Shown: positions 57,672-64,000 of the stretch, piece by piece
Layout: every line of letters begins with the position of its first letter
Position numbering within the stretch: position 1 is the stretch's first letter
Source of the DNA: a virus
Taxonomy: Duplodnaviria; Caudoviricetes
Reading direction: 5' to 3' (one strand)
Length of the DNA: 64,000 nucleotides
IMG/VR virus record: IMGVR_UViG_3300002220_000189
Span: 1 to 64,000 of that record
The notes under the pieces: generated by a model
What the model saw: only the letters and a program-made list of their open reading frames with translations
Databases searched by the model: none
What the model was told of the DNA's origin: nothing
Position numbers and translations under genes: made by a program

Positions 57672-58990
57672 CCATTTTTATTTTCTACTTCATATTGCTG
57701 TATCCATTCAATAACAGCGTCTGAAAATCCATGAACACGAATCCAGTCTCTATCATATCCTATTCCATATTGATATGATGCAACATTTACCATATATGCA
57801 TTATTTATAGGTTGATAAAATGAAATATCTGTTTGTGATTGTTCATCAGTAAAAACTATTAATCTATCATAATCAGTAACATTATTTTGTAGATATTTCA
57901 TAGCTTTACCCATATCTGTTCCATTATGTTTTTGTGAATTTTTAATTTCATCACCTAAAGTAAATCCTCTTGCCGGTTCAATTCTTACAATATTGTCGGA
58001 AAATGAATAAATATCTACATCATCACAAATTTCACGAAGAAGAATTGCTAAACCATTAGCAACATCAATTCTATTCGTTTGTTCTTTTTGTAAATATTTT
58101 GTTCCCCAAAGATCACCCTCATAACCTAAAGGCCAGTCCATAGAACCAGAAACATCTACAACAAGAATAGTTTTACCATATAATTTTTGTTGACTAGAAA
58201 GACATTTCATCATGGCATTTTCTAATTCTTTTGAATATTCTTTTGCATATTTTTCAGCTGTTATGAATCTATATGGTAAAATCCTTTCAATTTTTATTTC
58301 ATTTAACGCTTGTTTAATAATTTCTGGCATAACACCGTCCCTCTGAAAATTACGTAAATTTCTAAGAACGGCAAGTGCGCCCATTTTATTATGTGTTAAT
58401 AAATCTTCCCATGATTGTTTTTTATCTGCACCCGAAGAAAGTCTTACTTCCCAAGTATCAGGAGATTCTAATGTTTTATTTGCCAATTTAGAAAATATTA
58501 CTGCCTGTTCAGTATCTTTAGGTTTAGGATGTGTTAGAAACATAATATCTCTAAGATCAATTTTACTATTATTATTCCATTTAGATAATTGATAAGCATC
58601 AAATTTGTTGAAAGCTAATGCTAATCCTTTTTTTACTTGAGCAGACAAAGGTTTTTTACCATCTTCCCAATATAAGTTAAGAAATTTCACCATTTCATCT
58701 GGTCTTTGTATAACTCTTGAAAGAACCTTACTTACAAGATTTGTACCTCTTTGTGTTGATGCTAGTTGTTTAACAAGGAGTAAAGGAACACTTCTTAATT
58801 TGAATTTTTCACGAGCTTCTATAGCAAGAGATGCTACTATTTTAGCATCTACTTCATTACATAAATCTTCAATTCTTTCTTTGATTGATGAACCACTTTC
58901 ATAGAAAGTATCTTCCCATAACATACAAGAAAGAACTGACCTTCTAAGTAATTGTTCAGAGGAAATTTTATGATTTTGTAGCATTTTCAC
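57629..58990 (-). CDS. rsr: Ro60/TROVE-domain RNA-binding protein with vWA domain
   Basis: LWEDTFYESG, R...LRSVP, IQRPDE, FDAYQLSKW, HPKP, TWE, ALRNLRN-like, LPYRF, VDVSGSM, GT, FTDEQ. Confidence 0.93.
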   Translation of the reverse strand: MKMLQNHKISSEQLLRRSVLSCMLWEDTFYESGSSIKERIEDLCNEVDAKIVASLAIEAREKFKLRSVPLLLVKQLASTQRGTNLVSKVLSRVIQRPDEMVKFLNLYWEDGKKPLSAQVKKGLALAFNKFDAYQLSKWNNNSKIDLRDIMFLTHPKPKDTEQAVIFSKLANKTLESPDTWEVRLSSGADKKQSWEDLLTHNKMGALAVLRNLRNFQRDGVMPEIIKQALNEIKIERILPYRFITAEKYAKEYSKELENAMMKCLSSQQKLYGKTILVVDVSGSMDWPLGYEGDLWGTKYLQKEQTNRIDVANGLAILLREICDDVDIYSFSDNIVRIEPARGFTLGDEIKNSQKHNGTDMGKAMKYLQNNVTDYDRLIVFTDEQSQTDISFYQPINNAYMVNVASYQYGIGYDRDWIRVHGFSDAVIEWIQQYEVENKNGWRTTIEEILFSGF

Positions 58991-59007
58991 ACTCCTTTTA
59001 TTTTTTA

Positions 59008-59089
59008 ATAGGGAACAGTCTAATAGAATCGTATCAAAGATTTGACAATCTTTTTCCTGGTCGATGTATTTCTATTATATCACCACTAT
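59008..59089 (-). ncRNA. Y RNA-like ncRNA copy 1
   Basis: AUAG-U-GG-UG...UAAUAGAA.UACAUCG...UUCUAUUA...UUCC-CUAU; adjacent to Ro60. Confidence 0.7.
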
Positions 59090-59106
59090 AATTAACATAT
59101 TGTTCA

Positions 59107-59170
59107 TAAGAGGGAATAAGTAATAAGAATATTTTATCTACCGATGTAATTCTTATTTTCACCACTCTTA
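59107..59170 (-). ncRNA. Y RNA-like ncRNA copy 2 (minimal, 64 nt)
   Basis: UAAGAG-U-GG-UG..AAUAAGAAU.UACAUCG...AUUCUUAUU...UUCC-CUCUUA. Confidence 0.7.
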
Positions 59171-59186
59171 TTGTAAATTATATAAA

Positions 59187-59289
59187 TGATGGGGTTCGAT
59201 CAAGGAGGCTCTAATTTAATACGCTTTTAATCTTTGTGTTACCAAAAAACTTTTCATATACGAAGAAATCCTTCTTTACGCCACCATCA
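59187..59289 (-). ncRNA. Y RNA-like ncRNA copy 3
   Basis: UGAUGG-U-GG-CG..AAGAAGG..UUCUUCG...CCUCCUU...CC-CCAUCA; 5' end coincides with the predicted TSS. Confidence 0.65.
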
Positions 59290-59294
59290 ATAAG

Positions 59295-59323
59295 ATTATA
59301 CCATAATAAATTTATATTGTCAA
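59295..59323 (-). promoter_or_regulatory. Consensus sigma70 promoter for the Y RNA-Ro60 operon
   Basis: TTGACA(59323-18)-N17-TATAAT(59300-295) with TG extension. Confidence 0.85.
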
Positions 59324-59324
59324 C

Positions 59325-59627
59325 TTATTTTTTCTTTAATTTTGGTTTTTCTGCTTTTTTTGATTCTTTTGGTTCATTTTTTATAACAATTTCTTCGATT
59401 TTTACATTTTTGCCCATATAAGCATTTACAATTCTGTCTCTTACTTCAAATGTTACAGAATCCAATCTACTATGCATACCAGCAATCATAATTCTAATAG
59501 GTCCAACAACTTTTTGAATATAATTCTCCGCTTCCTGTAAGTCATGTGCCGCAATAAATGTAGTCCATGAACTCATTGTTGATAATTTTTCATATTCAAT
59601 ACGAAAAACAAACATTTCTTTTGCCAT
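59325..59627 (-). CDS. Hypothetical protein
   Basis: GAGG RBS. Confidence 0.55.
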   Translation of the reverse strand: MAKEMFVFRIEYEKLSTMSSWTTFIAAHDLQEAENYIQKVVGPIRIMIAGMHSRLDSVTFEVRDRIVNAYMGKNVKIEEIVIKNEPKESKKAEKPKLKKK

Positions 59628-59628
59628 T

Positions 59629-59832
59629 TTACACCTCTTCTAAAGTATCAAAATTCATTACATATTCTATATTACCATTTTTAGAAACATTGATAATTTT
59701 ATAATACGTAATCGTATCGTCCTTTCCTTTTTCTAATTTTTGTTTCGCCAATTCTTTTGTAAGAAATACATCATCAATTTTACCATTCAATGGAAAATCT
59801 TCTTGCATTTGTAGAAAATCAAATATTTTCAT
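59629..59832 (-). CDS. Hypothetical protein
   Basis: TAATG coupling. Confidence 0.5.
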   Translation of the reverse strand: MKIFDFLQMQEDFPLNGKIDDVFLTKELAKQKLEKGKDDTITYYKIINVSKNGNIEYVMNFDTLEEV

Positions 59833-59915
59833 TATTTTTTCTTTCCTTTCTTTTTTTTACCACCTTTTTTTGTATCCTGTTTTACTGGTTGTGAACCCTG
59901 TTTCTTCTTTGACAT
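59832..59915 (-). CDS. 27-aa lysine-rich peptide
   Basis: Late promoter (59955-48), GGAGG RBS; MSKKKQGSQPVKQDTKKGGKKKKGKKK. Confidence 0.55.
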   Translation of the reverse strand: MSKKKQGSQPVKQDTKKGGKKKKGKKK

Positions 59916-59959
59916 CTTATTCTACCTCCAAGTAATAGTATTTTATTTATTTATATATA

Positions 59960-61120
59960 TTATTTCTTTTTGGTAGTTTTTCTTGTTTTCTTTACAGTAC
60001 TCTCATCTTCCACCACATCCTCTGTAACTTGTGTAGTTTCATCTGTCATAATATTCATTAATATTTCTTCTGCTTGTTTGAGATTTTCATTAACCGTTGA
60101 ATATCCTGTTGTTTTAAGCCATTCATTCAAATCGTCTAATATTTTATTTGATAATTCTTGATTTTCTTTCAATGCTATTGTAGAGTTTGCTTCACCTTGA
60201 GCTAATCTTTCACCTTTATATGAATACCATGAACCAGATTTTTCAACAAGTCCAGCTTCTACTGCTAAATTCAATATACCAGCATAAGAATTTATACCAT
60301 TTACATAATCTATTTCTATAGTCGCTTCCTGAAATGCTGGATAAAATCTATTTTTTGTAGTGTATGCTGTAATTACATTTCCTGTAACATTTTTATCATC
60401 ATCTTTCATTTGAGATTTTTTAAGTTGGATAAAAATTGATGGTAAATATTTAAAAGCCTTGCCACCACCAACTTCATCTGGTTTTGTAAATTTTCCTATT
60501 GAACCCGGTGCGCCATACATATGACCAGTTAAGATAGCAATAGAATTTTGTAAAACACAAATACCAGTAATCATTTTTATAATAGTTCTAATATTTCTCT
60601 GTAACTGACCCTGATCAGCTTTTGGTTCTCCTTCTAATGCATCTTCATATGTTTTTAAACGATCAAGACCACCAACAGAATCAAGTATAATAATCATTTT
60701 TTCCATACCAGAATTTTTTAATTGAGCCAGAAACACCATAATTTCTTCAACCCATTGACTATAAAAATAAATAGCTTTTGAAGTATCCAATCCCCATCTT
60801 TGACAGAATTCAGTTTTTAATCCACCTTCAGTATCAATCAATATAGGTTGAAATCCATTTTTTGATGCATCTGCTGCACATAATACAGCAAAAGAACTTT
60901 TAAAACTACCTTCTGGCCCTGCTATACCAACAACAGCTCTTGTAGGAATTCCAATATTAAGATTACCTGAAAGAATTCTGTTTAAATCTAATGCAGGCGT
61001 TTTTATTGTTTCAGTTATATTAGCAATATCAGATTCTGTCATAAGAGAAATATGAGTACCTTTTATATTTTTTCTAACGGCTGCTAGCAGTTTTTCAATC
61101 TTATCATTCATTCTTTTCAT
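59960..61120 (-). CDS. uvsX: RecA-like recombinase
   Basis: AGPEGSFKS, IDTEG, ILDSVG, GGGKA..Y, KNRF, SGSWY. Confidence 0.92.
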   Translation of the reverse strand: MKRMNDKIEKLLAAVRKNIKGTHISLMTESDIANITETIKTPALDLNRILSGNLNIGIPTRAVVGIAGPEGSFKSSFAVLCAADASKNGFQPILIDTEGGLKTEFCQRWGLDTSKAIYFYSQWVEEIMVFLAQLKNSGMEKMIIILDSVGGLDRLKTYEDALEGEPKADQGQLQRNIRTIIKMITGICVLQNSIAILTGHMYGAPGSIGKFTKPDEVGGGKAFKYLPSIFIQLKKSQMKDDDKNVTGNVITAYTTKNRFYPAFQEATIEIDYVNGINSYAGILNLAVEAGLVEKSGSWYSYKGERLAQGEANSTIALKENQELSNKILDDLNEWLKTTGYSTVNENLKQAEEILMNIMTDETTQVTEDVVEDESTVKKTRKTTKKK

Positions 61121-61170
61121 TCTCCTTTAAAATATTTCACATTTTTCAACTTGTTCAAAAATTTTCTTGA

Positions 61171-61776
61171 TTATATTATATTTAACTGACTAAATCCATT
61201 TATTTTTTGTCTGTTTCTTTGTGCGATAGCCATTTTTCTTTTTGTTTCTTTTGAAAAAATTCGTTTTTTCCCATACATAGGGTTATTTTCACCTTTTGTT
61301 GCATCACTTATTTTTCTTTTTGCTTCTTCTGTATGGTTGTTTCCTTTATGTGATTCACTATTTTTTCTTTTTGATTCTTCTGAATGATTTTTTCCATACA
61401 TGGGATTTGATGTACCCGCTTGTAATCCTTTATGTGATCTACTCATTTTTATTTTTGATTCTTTTAAATGTTTGAAACCATGCATTCCTTCGCCTCCCCA
61501 TGTTAGATTATATCCATCTTCACTTACATGGGTTTTATGAACCATTATCATGAAAGTTTCCATTATACTCATTATTTCCCAAGAAGAACATTCACAAAGA
61601 GTTTTAAGAGTAAAGTTTTCAATTCCATATTTTCTTAATGCGTTATAAAAATAAATATTATCTTTATTATATTTTAATCTATTTAAATGTTTTGACCATC
61701 TTTTATTTAAAGTCTTTGTAGTTTTACCAATATAAGATTTATAATTAAGAATATTAGTTATTTTATAGATTATCAT
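61171..61776 (-). CDS. GIY-YIG/NUMOD3 homing endonuclease
   Basis: IIYKITN..YIGKT, GYNLTWGG, NPMYGK; close paralog of 20460. Confidence 0.9.
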   Translation of the reverse strand: MIIYKITNILNYKSYIGKTTKTLNKRWSKHLNRLKYNKDNIYFYNALRKYGIENFTLKTLCECSSWEIMSIMETFMIMVHKTHVSEDGYNLTWGGEGMHGFKHLKESKIKMSRSHKGLQAGTSNPMYGKNHSEESKRKNSESHKGNNHTEEAKRKISDATKGENNPMYGKKRIFSKETKRKMAIAQRNRQKINGFSQLNII

Positions 61777-64000
61777 TTAATATTACCTGGCTATAACCAT
61801 TTATTTTATTTACCATATATACAGTGTCAATTTCTAAGTTAGTGATTTCACTTCTATGAGTTATTAAAAATACTTTACTATTATCTTCTCTTTGTTTAGA
61901 ACGAATTATTTTTAGTAAATTATGTAATCCTGATGCGTCAATAGAAGAATCTAATATCTCATCGAATATTATTATATCAGGAAATATAGCCGCTTGTAAA
62001 CGTAAAATATCTAAAAATGCTAATTGTAATGCTAAGTCAATACTTCTTGCTTCACCACCGCTCAAATTACCGTATGAGCAATTTGTAATACCAGGTCCTA
62101 ATATTTCTTCTTCTAACCAACCAGTAAATTTTAAATAAAAGTTACATCCACCTTCAGCCAAATAATGATTTACCTGTTTCGTCAAAAATGGCATAATTGA
62201 TGATATTGCAAATTGTTTTACATTTTCATCTTTACATAATAATTTTATTTGTTCAAGATAATCAATTATATTATTAAATTTATTTACTTTTTCTACATCT
62301 TCATCAATCTTTTCTATTATTACCTTGATGTTACTTTCTAAATCATAAATATTTCTTGATATTTCATCATTTACCTTATCCTCAAATAATACTTTTTCCC
62401 GTAAAGTTTGTAATTTGTTATTCAGTTCATTCAATAATTTCAATTTTCCTACTACAACACCATATTCATTATTTAAAATACTTAAAACTTCCTTATCATT
62501 AGAAATTTCAGAAGTTATATCTTTCAATCTATTATTCATTTCCATAATAATATTTTGGATTGTTAATAAACTATCTTCTAATTCTTTAATCTCCAAACTG
62601 AAATCCCTATATTCTTCATATTTTATACATTCATTTTTAATGTCTATAATTTCTTTGATAATACTTTTCAAGGTTTCTATTTTAGTACTCAAAACGTCTT
62701 TATTCTGTAACATATACTGAAGTTGTTCGGTATAATATTTAATATCATTATCAATTTTTAAAATATCTTCCTTTAAATTAGTAGCTTGTTCGGTAAAAGA
62801 AGAAGAAAAGCCATTAAATGATATTATAGAACCACAAGTGGGACAAATATCTTTACCTTTTAGATTATCAAGTTTTTTTATTATTTCATCATAATGTTTT
62901 TTATTACTATATCGTTTACCATTTAGAATACTACATTTTTCTTTCATATTATCAATTTCATTACAAAGTATTGATAATTCTGACATCAACAATGAAAGTT
63001 CAATATTCAACTTATCTGATTCGCCATATTCTTTAATTCTATTATTATATAAATCAAATGCTTTTATATACTTATCCGCATTTTCCTTCTTTTTTCGCAT
63101 ATCATGAATTTTAAAATTAATATTTTCTTCTTTTGTAACACTAATACTTTTACTTATTTCTAATGTTCCTTTTCTTGTCGTATTCTTTTCTATTGATTGT
63201 TTTAAGTCATAAATTTTATCGTCAATAAGACGTAAATCTTCTTCTGTTACATCAATATCATTAATTTTCTTTATAATACCATCCATTTCTTTCTTTGATG
63301 ATATCATATTACGTTGTTTATCTTTTAATTGAGTTAATTGAAATTTTAATTCATCAGATTTCTTCTCATTATATCTAATTTCTATATTAAGTTCGTGTAT
63401 TTTGTTGTTTATAACATTAAGTTTTTCATTTGATTTTTCATTGATTTTAGTGTATATATTCAAACCAAACACTCTTTCCAAAAATGCTCTTTTTTTCTGA
63501 GTATCCATTTTTAGTATAGGTGTTAAAGTATTGAGATTTGTATGTACTATGGATACAAATGTATTAAAATCAATATCTAATATTTCAGTTTCTAATTGTT
63601 TTTGATATAATCTAACATCAGATAATGGTGGAATTGGATCATTATTACGATATATTTCCAATTTATCAGGTTTTATTCCTCTTATTATAGTAAATATATC
63701 GTTATTTTTTTTAAATCTTATTTTGACTTCACAATTTTTACGATTTTTCCAATTTACTATTTGTTCTTTCTTAACACTTCTATTCAATTTACCAAAAAGT
63801 GCAAATGTAATAGGTTCAAGACATGAAGAATTATGTGAAAGAATACCGTTTGAATAGTACTGTTCTACTTCTTCCACTTGAATATCATATAATGTATATT
63901 TTAACGGAAGTTTATAACATTCTATAACTTGTTCATGGCCTTTTTTAGTTTGAATATTGTTTGATATTTTTAGATTTTTTACAAACACCCAATTACCATA
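61763..64000 (-). CDS. gp46: gp46/SbcC-like recombination endonuclease ATPase (5' end outside window)
   Basis: ALFGK, coiled coil with CPTCG hook, LSGGE, FDEILD, ITH. Confidence 0.92.
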   Translation of the reverse strand, partial: YGNWVFVKNLKISNNIQTKKGHEQVIECYKLPLKYTLYDIQVEEVEQYYSNGILSHNSSCLEPITFALFGKLNRSVKKEQIVNWKNRKNCEVKIRFKKNNDIFTIIRGIKPDKLEIYRNNDPIPPLSDVRLYQKQLETEILDIDFNTFVSIVHTNLNTLTPILKMDTQKKRAFLERVFGLNIYTKINEKSNEKLNVINNKIHELNIEIRYNEKKSDELKFQLTQLKDKQRNMISSKKEMDGIIKKINDIDVTEEDLRLIDDKIYDLKQSIEKNTTRKGTLEISKSISVTKEENINFKIHDMRKKKENADKYIKAFDLYNNRIKEYGESDKLNIELSLLMSELSILCNEIDNMKEKCSILNGKRYSNKKHYDEIIKKLDNLKGKDICPTCGSIISFNGFSSSFTEQATNLKEDILKIDNDIKYYTEQLQYMLQNKDVLSTKIETLKSIIKEIIDIKNECIKYEEYRDFSLEIKELEDSLLTIQNIIMEMNNRLKDITSEISNDKEVLSILNNEYGVVVGKLKLLNELNNKLQTLREKVLFEDKVNDEISRNIYDLESNIKVIIEKIDEDVEKVNKFNNIIDYLEQIKLLCKDENVKQFAISSIMPFLTKQVNHYLAEGGCNFYLKFTGWLEEEILGPGITNCSYGNLSGGEARSIDLALQLAFLDILRLQAAIFPDIIIFDEILDSSIDASGLHNLLKIIRSKQREDNSKVFLITHRSEITNLEIDTVYMVNKINGYSQVILNDNL
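63830..64000 (-). mobile_element. C-terminal part of an intein in the gp46 Walker A motif
   Basis: LYDIQV...YYSNGILSHN|SSCLE..FALFGK. Confidence 0.85.

Noticed and set aside
59190-59205. GGTTCGA (T-loop-like) suggesting a tRNA on +
   Set aside because: No cloverleaf, D arm or paired T stem; better explained as the 3' arm of Y-like copy 3 on -
59008-59289. CRISPR mini-array
   Set aside because: Units conserve structure rather than sequence, have no constant repeat/spacer period, and no cas genes are present
59236-59421. + strand 61-aa ORF
   Set aside because: Antisense to a gene, the promoter and the ncRNA; shadow ORF
7289-62720. Numerous short ORFs antisense to or overlapping long genes in the ORF track
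   Set aside because: No RBS or motifs; typical shadows of AT-rich coding DNA (38498-39112 is the exception)
1-64000. Stop-codon reassignment
   Set aside because: Core genes are uninterrupted in code 11; TAA, TAG and TGA all end genes; the breaks are frameshifts

Overview
Very AT-rich, gene-dense segment of a large T4-like (gp32/gp46/gp61/UvsX/RNase H, TATAAATA late promoters) phage genome, read with the standard genetic code. Genes run on + up to ~52.3 kb and on - after that. It contains: replication, recombination and nucleotide genes (ThyX-like, gp32 SSB, Hjc-type resolvase, RNase H, class II RNR with a LAGLIDADG intein, primase, UvsX, intein-containing gp46); about 12 homing-type endonucleases; two N4/N6 DNA methyltransferases; and a glycosylation/nonulosonic-acid region (NeuA, NeuB, Maf-like, several GTs, radical SAMs). 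Most notable observations: (1) a sigma70 promoter driving three tandem, covarying, minimal Y-RNA-like hairpins directly upstream of a Ro60/TROVE gene; (2) a Zn-finger HNH endonuclease gene fully nested in another frame inside a DNA methyltransferase whose own frame stays open, with no intron or intein features; (3) at least 12 proteins with T4 capsid-targeting-like N-termini, including ADP-ribosyltransferase-like and amidoligase paralogs; (4) six small unrelated proteins sharing a C-terminal EI[DEN][KER]IL tag; (5) readable insertion footprints of homing endonucleases. All calls come from motif recognition by eye; no database searches were run.
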